64,000 nt of DNA from an uncultured bacterium (lineage in GTDB: Bacteria > Actinomycetota > Acidimicrobiia > Spongiisociales > ZC4RG35): assembly GCA_963792365.1 (NCBI GenBank), contig CAWBVW010000004.1:132183-196182 (forward strand). The letters are read 5' to 3'. Every line of letters begins with the position of its first letter. Position 1 is the first letter of the stretch. Below are positions 50,192-61,249 of the stretch, one piece after another. Position numbers and translations under genes: made by a program. A model generated the notes under the pieces. That model did no database searches and was not told the DNA's origin. It worked only from the letters and a program-made list of their open reading frames with translations.

Positions 50192-51256
50192 TCACCGACG
50201 GTCGAACACCAGTCGTCCGTCGAAGACCACCACGACCGGAGCCGTGAGCACCGCCGGGTCGTCGAACGGATCATCTGCGTAGGCGACGAGATCAGCAGGT
50301 GAACCGACGTGAAGGCCCTGACCGAGGCCGATATGGGAGTAGGCGCTGGTTGTTGCCGCCTCCACCGCCTTCCTCGTCGGATAGTCGTATCGGATCAGGG
50401 CCTGCACCTCCAGCCCGATCTCGGCGACGCCGACCGCAAGGTCGCTCCCTGCCAACACCATGACGCCGAGCTCCGACGCCACGGGGAGGAGCCGGCGAAT
50501 GTTCTCGAGCCCTCGACCGAGAAGCTCGGCGCCGGAGCTTCCCGCCTTCATCTCGGCGAGCACCTGCTCCATCCGCAGAATGGTGGGAACCCACACAGTT
50601 CTGTGGCGAGTCATGATCTCGAGGTCCTCCACGGTGAGGAACAGCCCGTGCTCGATCGAGTCGACGCCGGCACGCACCGCCGCACTCGGCACGTCTGGCG
50701 CCATCGTGTGCACTGCGACTCTCGCCCCTCGGCCGTGTGCCCCTGACACGGCTCGAGTCAGCTCCTCCTCGGCGTAGTTCGGCAACGCGCCCCGGCCCTT
50801 GCGTGGCCAGTCGGCGACGATCTTGACCCAGGACCGATCGGAGGCGAGGGTCGCCACCGCTCCCGACAGACGCTCACCGTCGACGACTTCTCCAAACCCG
50901 TCCCAGTATCCACCGGAGGAGCGCACCATCCGTCCGGCCGCCACGACGCGAGGCATGGCGAGGCGTCCGTCCGTGACCATGTGGAGGACGAGATCGTCAG
51001 CCCATCCCTTGTCCAACGCGGCACTCACTCCACCTTCGACCGCTCGAATCCCGCGCCGAGCGATTTCGTCGGGGTCGGCGACGGTCTCGATGTCGAGGCT
51101 GTCGGCGGACAGATGGGCGTGGGCGTCGACCAGTCCCGGAACACAGCGCAGGCCCTCGAGGTCGAGCGCAGGCTCGTCCGCGGCTTCCATCCACCTACCG
51201 TCGTGGGCGGACAGGTCAAACGGCTCTCCCCTCCCGTCGATACCTCGAACTCGCAC
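50192..51256 (-). CDS. Amidohydrolase family protein
   Basis: PGLVDAHAH, WVKI, VAVH, DSIEHG, AGSD, ADLV. Confidence 0.9.
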   Translation of the reverse strand: MRVRGIDGRGEPFDLSAHDGRWMEAADEPALDLEGLRCVPGLVDAHAHLSADSLDIETVADPDEIARRGIRAVEGGVSAALDKGWADDLVLHMVTDGRLAMPRVVAAGRMVRSSGGYWDGFGEVVDGERLSGAVATLASDRSWVKIVADWPRKGRGALPNYAEEELTRAVSGAHGRGARVAVHTMAPDVPSAAVRAGVDSIEHGLFLTVEDLEIMTRHRTVWVPTILRMEQVLAEMKAGSSGAELLGRGLENIRRLLPVASELGVMVLAGSDLAVGVAEIGLEVQALIRYDYPTRKAVEAATTSAYSHIGLGQGLHVGSPADLVAYADDPFDDPAVLTAPVVVVFDGRLVFDRR

Positions 51257-51331
51257 CCGGCCAGCATACGAGTGCGGTGCGGGTCCCAGGGGGGTCGCAC
51301 AATGTCCCAGGAGTTGTTGAATGTAGGAGGT

Positions 51332-52729
51332 ATGCGCCAGCTGTCCATCCTCGTCGCCGTGGCCGTGCTCACGGCCGCGTGTTCACTGATCGACCTCGGC
51401 ACCACAAGCGAGTCGACCGGTGTCACCGGCACCCAGACCACCGATGTCACGTCCTCACAGGAGACGCCGAGGACCGCCCAGCCGGTCTCCGACTGCGCCG
51501 ATTCGGATTCGGACATCGTGCTGCTCTGCCAAGCGATCGATCTGGTCCAGCGGAACTATGTCGACGACATCTCGGACCAAACTCTGATCGACGCCGGTCT
51601 CGAAGGGATTGCAGGGCTGCCGCAAGGAGGCGAAACAGGGGATCTCGCATGCCCTGGGACCGACCCCGTTGCGGGCCCGATCTGCGAGTCCATCGACGCC
51701 ACCGACGCCGATCTGATCACGGGGGTGGAGGCCGCGCTCACCGCGATAGCCGGGGATCTGGACCCGAACAGCGCCTATCTCGACCCCGAGGCCTTGCAGC
51801 TCGCCCAAGACGACACATCAGGTCGAGTCGAAGGGATCGGCGCCTTGGTGAACGCCGAAGACGTCACCGTGTCGGACCCGGTCGAGGCGCAGTGTTCCAC
51901 CATCACGGACACGTGTCGCCTTGTGATCGTGAGCACGTTCGAAGGCAGTCCAGCACGACGCGCCGGCGTTCTTCCTGGAGATGCGATCATCTCGGTGGAT
52001 GGCCGAGACATCGAGGGCTATCACATCGACGAAGTCACCGAACTCGTGCGTGGTCCGGCGGGCACAGAGGTCAGAGTCGGATTCGAACGAGAAGGCGGGA
52101 TCGTCGAGTTCGACATCGTCCGCGAGGCGATCGACATTCCCGTGGCCGAGTGGCAGATGGTGGGCGATGTGGGATACCTACGCCTCAATCTGTTCACAGT
52201 CACGGCCGGAGATCAGGTCCACACGGCGGTGCGTGAGCTTGTGGACCAGGGGGCAACGGCCCTCGTCCTGGACCTACGGGACAACCCGGGCGGGGCCCTG
52301 CAGGCATCCATCGAGGTCACGAGCGAGTTCCTGGCGGACGGACTCGTGGTGATCACCGAGTCACCGGAAGACACCAGAACGTATGAGGTCACAGGCGATG
52401 GGTTCGCAACCAATCCCGATCTGCCCCTGTGGGTGGTGGTGAACGAGGGAAGTGCCTCCGCGTCGGAGGTGACCGCCGGCGTCCTCGGTGAGTCGGGGCG
52501 AGCCACCATCATCGGACAGAACACGTTCGGCAAGAACACGGTGCAGCAGCGTTTTCCGCTCGGCAACGGCGGAGCCATGAAGCTCACCATCGCCAGATGG
52601 ACCACACCCAGCGGCACCGACTTCGGGGCGGTCGGGATCACGCCGGACATCGAGGCGGAGTTCGACTTGTTCCTCGAACCGGCCGAGGTCGTGGCACGGG
52701 TCCTGGAGGTGACTGGAGCGTCAGGCTGA
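51332..52729 (+). CDS. S41 carboxyl-terminal processing protease (PDZ), probable lipoprotein
   Basis: Lipobox TAAC, GIGA, GSPA (PDZ), DLRDNPGG, SASASE, TFGK, KLTIARW. Confidence 0.92.
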   Translation: MRQLSILVAVAVLTAACSLIDLGTTSESTGVTGTQTTDVTSSQETPRTAQPVSDCADSDSDIVLLCQAIDLVQRNYVDDISDQTLIDAGLEGIAGLPQGGETGDLACPGTDPVAGPICESIDATDADLITGVEAALTAIAGDLDPNSAYLDPEALQLAQDDTSGRVEGIGALVNAEDVTVSDPVEAQCSTITDTCRLVIVSTFEGSPARRAGVLPGDAIISVDGRDIEGYHIDEVTELVRGPAGTEVRVGFEREGGIVEFDIVREAIDIPVAEWQMVGDVGYLRLNLFTVTAGDQVHTAVRELVDQGATALVLDLRDNPGGALQASIEVTSEFLADGLVVITESPEDTRTYEVTGDGFATNPDLPLWVVVNEGSASASEVTAGVLGESGRATIIGQNTFGKNTVQQRFPLGNGGAMKLTIARWTTPSGTDFGAVGITPDIEAEFDLFLEPAEVVARVLEVTGASG

Positions 52730-52796
52730 GCGGAGCCGGTCGTTCTTTGGGCGGTGGTCCGCCATTATGGCGGACCTTAACCCTGGGTTCGATCTG

Positions 52797-53429
52797 TCAG
52801 GCGTACGCGACCTGGCAGAAGCCGTGATTGCAGTAGCCGTTGGGGTTCTTCGCCAGGTACTGCTGGTGGTACTCCTCGGCGTAGTAGAACGGCCCGGCTG
52901 GGGCGATCTCTGTCGTGATGGTGCCGAAGCCGCTGTCGGTGAGCGCCTGCTGATAGCGGTCGCGAGACTCGACCGCCGCCTGGTCTTGGGCTTCGGTCGT
53001 GGTGTAGATGGCGGACCGGTATTGGGTTCCCACATCGTTGCCCTGGCGGTTGAGCGTGGTGGGATCGTGGTTCTCCCAGAACACCTTCAGCAGGGTGTCG
53101 ATGTCGACCTCGTCGGGGCGATAGACGATCAAGACTGCTTCGGTGTGCCCCGTCCTCCCGGTACACGTCTCCTCGTACGTGGGGTTGGGCGTGATTCCGC
53201 CCGCATACCCGGCGGCCGTCGTGACCACGCCCGGGATCTGCCAGAAGAAGCGCTCTGCTCCCCAGAAGCACCCCATCCCGACGTACAACGTCTCGGAGCC
53301 ATCCGGGAACGGGGGCAGCATCGACGATCCGTTCACATGATGCACGCCCGAGATCTCGAGCGGTTGTTCGCGCCCTGCAAGTGCGTCTTCGGGAGAGGGA
53401 ATCTCCGCCTTCTGGCGTCTCGACCACAT
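52797..53429 (-). CDS. msrA: Peptide methionine sulfoxide reductase A
   Basis: [38 protein letters not shown]. Confidence 0.97.
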   Translation of the reverse strand: MWSRRQKAEIPSPEDALAGREQPLEISGVHHVNGSSMLPPFPDGSETLYVGMGCFWGAERFFWQIPGVVTTAAGYAGGITPNPTYEETCTGRTGHTEAVLIVYRPDEVDIDTLLKVFWENHDPTTLNRQGNDVGTQYRSAIYTTTEAQDQAAVESRDRYQQALTDSGFGTITTEIAPAGPFYYAEEYHQQYLAKNPNGYCNHGFCQVAYA

Positions 53430-53513
53430 GTCTCAAGATGATATGACACGCACCGAACTAGCGAGATCGGTTTGAGAAGGTGCCCATACCTTCATTACCC
53501 TGCAACTCCTCGC

Positions 53514-54662
53514 ATGAACACCCCAAGGGCAGCGCTGGCCCTCATCGTGCTTGTTTTCCTCGCCTCATCCCTCCCGCTCGGGGTGACGCCTGCCCGCGCC
53601 CAAACCGTGGCCGACGCCGAGGACCGTGCCGAAGAAGCTGCGTCCGAACGCGACTCGGCGTACGCAGTGGTTTCGGATGCCGTGGCCAACCGCTCTGCGG
53701 TCGAGGCACAGCTGTTCGATGCGCTGAATCGATACGAGCAGGCAGTGGCGGCGCTCGAAGCCGCGAACCGGAAACTCGATCGTGTGGGCCGGACATTTGC
53801 CGCCGCAGAGGCGGATTCCGTCGGAGTCTCCCAAGAGCTTCGCCAGCAGGCCGTCGCCGCCTACATGGAAGCCGTCGTGCGGCCCGGATCGCTGGTCGTC
53901 GGGACCGACACGGCCGAACAGGCCATGGTCGTCGACCAGGCGTTCACGGCCGGCCAGACCGACAACCTCGCTCGGCTCGACCTGCTGACCGTCCGCCAGA
54001 CGGACCTACAGCGCCTGAGGACGGACTTCCAGTCCGACCGTGCCTCGGTGGAGCGGCTCCAGGCTCAGCTCGATGCTGAGGCGGCTCAGCTCGAGGCTCT
54101 GTTCGCTGAGGCAGATTCCGCCGTGGCGGATGCCTACCGTCGCGCTCAGGCGGCCGACGAGGCGTACCGTTCCGCCCTGTCGGACGTCGAACGAGCGCGT
54201 GCCACTGCGACTCCGCCCCCTCAGCCACCGTCCACCACCGCCACCACGACCTCGACCGCTCCGACCGAGCCGCCGCCGTCGGACCAATCCACGACGACAA
54301 CGACCACAGGGCCCACGACGACCGATCCCCCTTCCGAGCCGCCGACGATCAAACCTGAGGTGGAGCGGTGGCGCTCTCTCGTCGCCGCGTACTTCCCGGC
54401 CGACCTGGTGAACGACGCTCTGCTGATCATGCAATGTGAGTCGTTGGGCGATCCGAGCGCGGCCAACCCGTACAGCGGTGCCTCGGGCTTGTATCAATTC
54501 CTCCCGGGAACCTGGGCGGTGGCGAGCGTGGGCGCCGGATTCGCCGATGCCTCTGTGTTCGACCCCGAGGCCAACATCGCCGGGGCTGCCTGGCTCGCCG
54601 GCTACTACCAAGCCAACGGCTCGAGCCCTTGGGCGCCGTGGGCCTGCCGCTACTACCTGTAG
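53514..54662 (+). CDS. Secreted coiled-coil protein with C-terminal lytic transglycosylase (SLT/Rpf-like) domain
   Basis: Signal peptide ..ARA|Q, long coiled coil, P/T-rich linker, CES, ASGLYQF, DPEANI, WAPW. Confidence 0.88.
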   Translation: MNTPRAALALIVLVFLASSLPLGVTPARAQTVADAEDRAEEAASERDSAYAVVSDAVANRSAVEAQLFDALNRYEQAVAALEAANRKLDRVGRTFAAAEADSVGVSQELRQQAVAAYMEAVVRPGSLVVGTDTAEQAMVVDQAFTAGQTDNLARLDLLTVRQTDLQRLRTDFQSDRASVERLQAQLDAEAAQLEALFAEADSAVADAYRRAQAADEAYRSALSDVERARATATPPPQPPSTTATTTSTAPTEPPPSDQSTTTTTTGPTTTDPPSEPPTIKPEVERWRSLVAAYFPADLVNDALLIMQCESLGDPSAANPYSGASGLYQFLPGTWAVASVGAGFADASVFDPEANIAGAAWLAGYYQANGSSPWAPWACRYYL

Positions 54663-54984
54663 GGCTTCACCTCGTCGGCGCGGTGCCGATCGGCGAACCG
54701 GTACTGCGAGACGTACGACTGTTCGCGGGGTCGAAACCCTGGTGTAACACCGATCGTGCATGCTCAGAGCAGCTAGATCACAGGGGGTCTCACATGGCAA
54801 CAGAGGACTCTCGCCCGTGCGCTGCAACAGGCGCACTTGGAGACCGTGCAGGAGCTGACGCTGGGCTGAGGGGGAACGCTGACAACGTCAGGTGCGGCCA
54901 ATGCGGCACCCGACCGTGCATCAGTTCGCTGATCAGGTCGACGTTCTCCCTCGTCGGCGCTGCCGATGATCGACTTGGGGATGG

Positions 54985-55025
54985 CCCGGATCGATCCGAC
55001 TTCGTAGACGTCGGATCGATCCGGG
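54985..55025. repeat. 16-bp perfect inverted repeat whose arms are themselves palindromic
   Basis: CCCGGATCGATCCGAC-TTCGTAGAC-GTCGGATCGATCCGGG. Confidence 0.75.
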
Positions 55026-55089
55026 GCCCGCGTCGGCTTCTGCCGGTCTGCTGGATGACGACGGCCCAACCCGTGCCATCATGCCCCCA

Positions 55090-57147
55090 ATGGAGGCGAA
55101 CGAGGCACTCGACGGGGCGCATTGGGACGGGTCGGCCACCACTTTCTCTCTCACCAGCCGGCATGCAGACGGGGTCGAACTGGCGGTCTTCGACAGCGAG
55201 GACGCCGAACAACGACATGCGATGTCGGAGATCGCTCCAGGCCGTTTCGAGACCGTACTGAGCGGGGTCGGTCCAGGTACTCGGTACGGCTATCGGGTGC
55301 ACGGCCCGTGGGAGCCCAACCGAGGACACCGGTACAACCCGAACAAGCTGCTGGTGGACCCGCGAGCCCGTCACATGGTCGGACACGTCACACCCTCGCC
55401 TGCCCTGGCCGGCCACTTCCTACCCGATCCGGCACTCGCCAGCCCCCTCGACTCTGCGCCGTACACCCTCAGGTCGGTCGTCGTCTCGAGTGCTTTCGAC
55501 TGGGAGGGGGTGACGAGTCCCAACCGTCCACTCGCAGACTCCGTTCTCTACGAGACCCACGTCAAAGGAATCTCGAAGCTGCACCCCGGGGTGCCAGGAG
55601 AACTTCAGGGCACCTACGCCGGCCTCGCACACGAGGCGATCATCGGCCACCTCTTGGAGCTGGGTGTCACGACCATCGAGCTGCTGCCGATTCATCAATT
55701 CGTCCAGGACCAGCACCTGCTGCAGACAGGGCGCCGCAACTACTGGGGCTACAACTCGATCGGCTTCTTCGCACCCCACTCCGAATACACAGCCACCGAC
55801 GATGCGGTCACCGAGTTCAAGTCGATGGTCAAGGCGCTCCATGCCGCGGGACTGGAGGTGATCCTGGACGTGGTCTACAACCACACCGCCGAAGGGAACC
55901 ACCTCGGGCCGACTCTCTGTTTTCGCGGGCTGGACAATCGCGCCTGGTACCGGCTCGATCCGGCCGACGCGTCGCGCTACCTGAACTGGACCGGCACGGG
56001 CAACACGGTGAACATCGCCGATCCCCACGTGCTGACGCTCGTCATGGACAGCCTCCGCTATTGGGTCCAGGAGATGCACGTCGACGGTTTCCGGTTCGAC
56101 CTGGCAACCGTGCTCGGGAGGACTCATCACGACTACGACCGGCTGTCGGGGTTCTTGGGCGCGGTCGCCCAAGACCCGATTCTTCGCAACGCAAAGCTGA
56201 TCGCCGAGCCATGGGACGTTGGGCCCGGCGGCTACCAGGTCGGCGGGTTTCCCGAGTCGTGGTCGGAGTGGAACGACAAGTATCGAGACGCGGTGCGGTC
56301 GTTCTGGAAGGGGAGCGAGGGAACACTCGCCGAGTTCGCCACCCGGATCACAGGCAGCTCAGACGTGTTCGAGGCATCCGAGCGCAACCCCACCGCCTCG
56401 ATCAACCTCATCACCAGTCATGACGGCTACACGCTCGTGGATCTCGTGAGCTACGAACGCCGACACAACCACGCCAATGGCGAGAACAACCAGGATGGTC
56501 ACCGTAACAACCTCTCCTGGAACTCTGGTGTCGAGGGGCCGACCACCAAGCAAGAGATCATCGAGATGCGCAATCGACGACGGCGGTCCCTGATCACCAC
56601 GCTGATGCTGTCGCAGGGCGTGCCGATGATCCTCGGTGGCGACGAAATCGGACGCACTCAGAACGGCAACAACAACGCCTACAACCAGGACAACGAAACC
56701 TCCTGGTACGACTGGGCCGACATCGACCGAGACATGCTCGCCTTCACGCAGACGGTCGTTGCGCTCCGTCGCCGCCACGAGACCTTTCGCCGGACCGCCT
56801 GGCTCCACGAACACGCCAGTCCGGGAGAGGACCATGTCGGTTGGTTTACTCCCGCCGGCAGGGGCATGGCGGAGGACGACTGGCAGGCACCATTCGCCAG
56901 GTCGGTCGCACTGTTCCTCGCCGGTGACGCAATCCACACTGCGACCGGAGTGGCCTCAGATCGTGACTTCCTGCTGCTGTTCAACGCATATGCGGAAGAG
57001 CTCGAGTTCACCCTTCCCACCGAGCTCGGTTCGATCCGGTGGGAGCTCGCACTGGACACTGCTCTGGCCACCACAGAGCCCGGTCCGGTCGAGGGCGCCG
57101 TGGACGTGGCCGGCTTCGCGGTGGTCGTGCTCAGGAGCATCCCGTGA
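55090..57147 (+). CDS. glgX: Glycogen debranching enzyme
   Basis: [49 protein letters not shown]. Start is 55090 or 55081. Confidence 0.96.
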   Translation: MEANEALDGAHWDGSATTFSLTSRHADGVELAVFDSEDAEQRHAMSEIAPGRFETVLSGVGPGTRYGYRVHGPWEPNRGHRYNPNKLLVDPRARHMVGHVTPSPALAGHFLPDPALASPLDSAPYTLRSVVVSSAFDWEGVTSPNRPLADSVLYETHVKGISKLHPGVPGELQGTYAGLAHEAIIGHLLELGVTTIELLPIHQFVQDQHLLQTGRRNYWGYNSIGFFAPHSEYTATDDAVTEFKSMVKALHAAGLEVILDVVYNHTAEGNHLGPTLCFRGLDNRAWYRLDPADASRYLNWTGTGNTVNIADPHVLTLVMDSLRYWVQEMHVDGFRFDLATVLGRTHHDYDRLSGFLGAVAQDPILRNAKLIAEPWDVGPGGYQVGGFPESWSEWNDKYRDAVRSFWKGSEGTLAEFATRITGSSDVFEASERNPTASINLITSHDGYTLVDLVSYERRHNHANGENNQDGHRNNLSWNSGVEGPTTKQEIIEMRNRRRRSLITTLMLSQGVPMILGGDEIGRTQNGNNNAYNQDNETSWYDWADIDRDMLAFTQTVVALRRRHETFRRTAWLHEHASPGEDHVGWFTPAGRGMAEDDWQAPFARSVALFLAGDAIHTATGVASDRDFLLLFNAYAEELEFTLPTELGSIRWELALDTALATTEPGPVEGAVDVAGFAVVVLRSIP

Positions 57148-57231
57148 CGGCTCGTACCTTCCGGTGAAGGAGTGAGGTGAAGGAGGATGAGCCGCCTGCC
57201 CAGGGCCTTGGTGCGAGACGTCAAAGGCGGA

Positions 57232-57428
57232 ATCCCCCCTGGCTCCCTGCGGCGGCCAGTCCCCCCAGCGGGGGGACACAACCGCTGGACACACATCACG
57301 GTTGACCAGTGGGGCGACGATCGGGCCACACGGCTCGTGTGGTGTTGGGTCGGGTTTGCGCAGCAAACTCGCTTAGGTCGCCGCAGGCGACCGGCGGACT
57401 GATTCGCCGAAGGCGAAGCAGGGGGAAC
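57232..57428. repeat. Cluster of short hairpins with GNA triloops (REP/MITE-like)
   Basis: GTCCCCCC-AGC-GGGGGGAC, CCACACG-GCT-CGTGTGG, GTTTGC-GCA-GCAAAC, GGTCGCC-GCA-GGCGACC, TTCGCC-GAA-GGCGAA. Confidence 0.6.
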
Positions 57429-57557
57429 TTCACACCCATGACGACAGGGAAGGCACCCGTGTCGCACCGTCGCGCGACAGGACAATGATGGGGTCGCGCA
57501 CGGCCGACGCCGTGGGCGACCGATCCGGGTCGACACGTGGTGGGAACCTGCGGACCG

Positions 57558-58802
57558 TCAATCCAGCCGTTTGCTCTTCGGCACCGCCAGGATTCCCTTG
57601 TCCGAGGCATCCAGATGGCGCTGGGCATCTGCCTCAGCGTCGTATCCGAGTGAAGCGCCCGGCGACACCACCACGTTCTTGTCGAGGATGGCGTTGCGGA
57701 CTCGGGCCCCGGCACCGATCGTCACGTTCTCCAGAACCACGCAGTTCTCCACCACCGCGCCTGGCTCGACCCTCACCCACGGAGAGAGGACCGAGTGGCG
57801 CACGAACCCGCCCGAGATCACGACTCCGTTCGAGAGAAGCGAGTCTGCGACGTCCCCCGCTCCATACTCGGCCACGGCAACCACCTTTGCAGGCGGTGCG
57901 GTGTACGAACTCGTGTAGATGGGCCAGTCGTCGTTGTAGAGGTTGAACACGGGGTCGACCGACACCAGATCCATGTGTGCCTCGAAGTACGAGTCGAGCG
58001 TTCCCACGTCTCGCCAATAGGCGTGCTCACGGTCGGTCACCCCCGGTACCTCGTTCCCGGTGAAGTCGTACACGTGAGCCTCGCCGTCGTCGACCAACGT
58101 CGGGATCAGATCGCCACCCACATCGTGGCGGGAATCGTCCTTCAACGAGTCACGGTGAAGCAGATCGAGCAGAACGTCGGTGGAGAAGATGTAGTTGCCC
58201 ATGGACACGAGCGCGGTCTGCGGATCGTCTGGGATGGGCTTGGGGTCCGAGGGCTTCTCCCGGAATCGCTCGATCTTCGTGGTGGATCCGCGTTCGATCA
58301 CGCCGAACGCGGGTGCCTCGGCGAGCGGGACCCTGATCCCTGCGACGGTCACGCCCGCACCGGTGGACAGGTGGTGTTCCAGCATCTGGCGCGGATCCAT
58401 GCGGTAGATGTGATCGGCGCCGAAGACGAAGATGTACGAAGGTTCTTCGTCTTCGATGATGTTGATGTTCTGCAACAGGGCATCCGCCGATCCGAGAAAC
58501 CAACGCTTGCCCATGCGCATCTGTGCGGGCACCGACGTGATGTAGTTGCCGAGCAGCGTCGACATCCGCCAGGTGCGAGCGAGGTGGACGTTGAGGCTGT
58601 GACTCTTGTACTGCGTGAGTACCACGATCTTGCGGTAGCCCCCGTTCACGAGGTTCGACAGTGCAAAGTCGATCAACCGATAGTGACCGCCGAAGGGGAC
58701 GGCCGGCTTGGCCCGGTCGCGGGTGAGCGGCATCAGCCGCTTTCCTTCCCCTCCGGCGAGCACCATTCCGAGAACGTCTCGGGGAAGGGTGCTGGCGACC
58801 AT
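57558..58802 (-). CDS. glgC: Glucose-1-phosphate adenylyltransferase
   Basis: [46 protein letters not shown]. Confidence 0.97.
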   Translation of the reverse strand: MVASTLPRDVLGMVLAGGEGKRLMPLTRDRAKPAVPFGGHYRLIDFALSNLVNGGYRKIVVLTQYKSHSLNVHLARTWRMSTLLGNYITSVPAQMRMGKRWFLGSADALLQNINIIEDEEPSYIFVFGADHIYRMDPRQMLEHHLSTGAGVTVAGIRVPLAEAPAFGVIERGSTTKIERFREKPSDPKPIPDDPQTALVSMGNYIFSTDVLLDLLHRDSLKDDSRHDVGGDLIPTLVDDGEAHVYDFTGNEVPGVTDREHAYWRDVGTLDSYFEAHMDLVSVDPVFNLYNDDWPIYTSSYTAPPAKVVAVAEYGAGDVADSLLSNGVVISGGFVRHSVLSPWVRVEPGAVVENCVVLENVTIGAGARVRNAILDKNVVVSPGASLGYDAEADAQRHLDASDKGILAVPKSKRLD

Positions 58803-58893
58803 GTCGTGAACCTCCTGGCTCGAGCGCAGCCTCCAACCTAGCCAGCCGGGCTCCGCCCCATTGAACCGGACCCGACGATTCCGGCCGAGATGC

Positions 58894-60753
58894 TCAGGCT
58901 GGCTGCAAAAAGGTGACAGACATCGGTGGCACCGACATCCTGATCGAGTGGCTCATGCCGTGCGTTCCCTCGGGCACGGCGTCATACCCATCGCCGACGA
59001 GCCCAGAGCCGCCGAAGGTCGCAGCGTCCGAACAGGCCAGCACCTTCCATTGCCCCCCGGCAGGTGCTCCGATCACATAGTCGTGCCACACCTCGGGTGT
59101 GAAGTTGCAGATGACCAGGACCGGGGGATGGCCTTCGGTCGAGCGGAGGTACGCCAACGTCGACCGTGACACGTCGTTGGCCTCGATCCACTGGAATCCC
59201 TGGGGCCGGATGTCGTCGACGTGCAACGCCGGGGTCGACCGATAGACCCGGTTGAGCTCCGACACCCAATCCATCACGCCTCGATGGATCGGATAGTCCA
59301 GAAGGTAGAAGGGAAGCTCACCCTCGTGGTTCCACTCGTATGGATCCGCCAACTCGGTGCCCATGAACACGAGCTTCTTTCCTGGGAGGCTCCATTGGTA
59401 TCCGAGCAACGCCCTCAGGCCGGCGAAGCGCCGCCACTCGTCGCCGGGGTTCTTCCCGAGTACGGAGCGCTTGCCGTGCACCACCTCGTCGTGGGAGAGC
59501 GCGAGGAGGTAGTTCTCGGTGAACGCGTAGATGCCGCGAAAGGTGAGCAACCGATGGCTGTCCTCGAATCCTCGGTAGATCGGGTCGAGGGAGAAGTATC
59601 GGAGGGTGTCGTTCATCCACCCCATGTCCCACTTGAACCCGAACCCGAGTCCGCCCGTGTCGGTCGGGCGGGTCACCGACGGCCACGCCGTCGACTCCTC
59701 GGCGATCATCTGTACATCTGGGAACCGGCCGTACACCGAGGCGTTGAGCTGTCGAAGGAACTCGACGGCCTCCAGATTCTCGCGACCCCCGTAGCGGTTG
59801 GGGATCCACTCGCCTTCGCGGCGGGAGTAGTCGAGATACAACATCGACGCGACGGCGTCGACCCGCAGACCGTCGATGTGATAGCGGTCGAGCCACGAGT
59901 GCGCAGAACTGACGAGAAAGGCGCGCACCTCGTTGCGGGCGTAATTGAATATGTAAGAGCCCCAATCCGGGTGGTATCCCTGCCGCGGGTCGGCGTGTTC
60001 GAACAGATGCGTGCCGTCGAAGTAGGCGAGACCATGCCCATCGACCGCGAAGTGCGACGGCACCCAGTCGAGGATCACGCCGATGCCGTGCTCGTGCATC
60101 GTGTCGACGAACGCCATGAAGTCCTGGGGCGTCCCGAACCTGGAGGTGGGAGCGAAATAGCCGAGCGACTGATAGCCCCAGGATCCGTCGAATGGGAACT
60201 CCATGATCGGCAACAGCTCGATGTGCGTGAACCCGGTCCGAACCAGATGTTCCGCCAGCCCACGAGCCAGGTCTCGGTAGTTCATCGAGTGCTGACGGGA
60301 CCACGAGCCCAGATGGCATTCGTAGATCGATATCGGTGCATCGGGACCGTTGTTGCGGTGCCGTCCAGACATCCACTCGGAGTCCCGCCACTCGTAGTCC
60401 ACATCCCAGATGACCGAGGCTGTGTTCGGCGGTGTTTCGGCGTGGGTGGCAAACGGGTCGGACTTCTCGAGGATCTGACCGCCGGCGGCGCCGATGGCGT
60501 ACTTGTACGTCTGCCCCGGATGAGCGCCTGCAATGGTGGTCTCCCAGACCCCCGACTCGGAGGGATGCATGGGGTGGGCCTCGGGATTCCATCCGTTGAA
60601 GTCGCCTATGACGGCTACCTTCGCTGCGTTGGGCGCCCAGACGCGAAAGATTGTATCGCCACCATCATGATGGGCCCCCAGCACCTCGTGCAGCCGGTCG
60701 TGTGTTCCGTTGTTGAACAGCCAGCGATCGTCGGAGGTGAATGGGCGAGCCAT
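58894..60753 (-). CDS. glgB: 1,4-alpha-glucan branching enzyme
   Basis: [51 protein letters not shown]. Confidence 0.97.
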   Translation of the reverse strand: MARPFTSDDRWLFNNGTHDRLHEVLGAHHDGGDTIFRVWAPNAAKVAVIGDFNGWNPEAHPMHPSESGVWETTIAGAHPGQTYKYAIGAAGGQILEKSDPFATHAETPPNTASVIWDVDYEWRDSEWMSGRHRNNGPDAPISIYECHLGSWSRQHSMNYRDLARGLAEHLVRTGFTHIELLPIMEFPFDGSWGYQSLGYFAPTSRFGTPQDFMAFVDTMHEHGIGVILDWVPSHFAVDGHGLAYFDGTHLFEHADPRQGYHPDWGSYIFNYARNEVRAFLVSSAHSWLDRYHIDGLRVDAVASMLYLDYSRREGEWIPNRYGGRENLEAVEFLRQLNASVYGRFPDVQMIAEESTAWPSVTRPTDTGGLGFGFKWDMGWMNDTLRYFSLDPIYRGFEDSHRLLTFRGIYAFTENYLLALSHDEVVHGKRSVLGKNPGDEWRRFAGLRALLGYQWSLPGKKLVFMGTELADPYEWNHEGELPFYLLDYPIHRGVMDWVSELNRVYRSTPALHVDDIRPQGFQWIEANDVSRSTLAYLRSTEGHPPVLVICNFTPEVWHDYVIGAPAGGQWKVLACSDAATFGGSGLVGDGYDAVPEGTHGMSHSIRMSVPPMSVTFLQPA

Positions 60754-60858
60754 GACACGAGCGTACAAGCCAGGCGGGCCAAGAGTGACGCAACGGTTGG
60801 GCGACGGCTGAGTTGGCCGACGATCGAGGCGCGGAACGGTGGTGTCACCCTGCTCGGG

Positions 60859-61188
60859 TCATCTCTTGCGGACGGGAAGCCCCTTCCGCTGCCATGCGAG
60901 CATGCCCCCCTTGACGTTGAGCGCATCGAGGCCTGCCGCTCGAAGCTGTCGGGTTGCTCCGGCGGAGCGGTTTCCTGATCGACAGATCACCAGAATGGTG
61001 CGGTCCTGGGCATGCCGACTGATCCAGTCCTTCCGCTGCGGTAGCGACTCGAGGGAAACATTGGTGGCACCCGGAACGTGAGCTCCGCGGAACTCTCCCT
61101 TGGTGCGAACGTCGAGCATCATCGCCCCCTCGTCCTGGAGTCGGCTGGCACCCTCGACGTCGATCGAACTCTTGCTTCGGAAGAACAT
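60859..61188 (-). CDS. Rhodanese-like domain protein
   Basis: LDVRTKGEF..HVPGA, CRSGNRS, GGMLAW; start ATG 61188. Confidence 0.9.
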   Translation of the reverse strand: MFFRSKSSIDVEGASRLQDEGAMMLDVRTKGEFRGAHVPGATNVSLESLPQRKDWISRHAQDRTILVICRSGNRSAGATRQLRAAGLDALNVKGGMLAWQRKGLPVRKR

Positions 61189-61249
61189 GATCGGAGCATT
61201 GTAGTGCGCAAAAGTCCGTACTTTTGATTCGCTCGGCTGGGCGGAACCG

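Noticed and set aside
54793-54990. HD-GYP pseudogene fragment (ALQQAHLETVQEL...LPMIDLG)
   Set aside because: The resemblance is short, interrupted by stops and lacks HD; not supportable without a search.
57187-57402. 71-aa ORF after glgX
   Set aside because: GGAGG directly abuts the ATG, and the ORF crosses the hairpin cluster with no protein-like features.
57148-57557. tmRNA, RNase P RNA or Ms1 RNA in the glgX-glgC gap
   Set aside because: No tRNA-like ends or tag reading frame, no GAGGAAAGTCC, and no recognisable Ms1 sequence.
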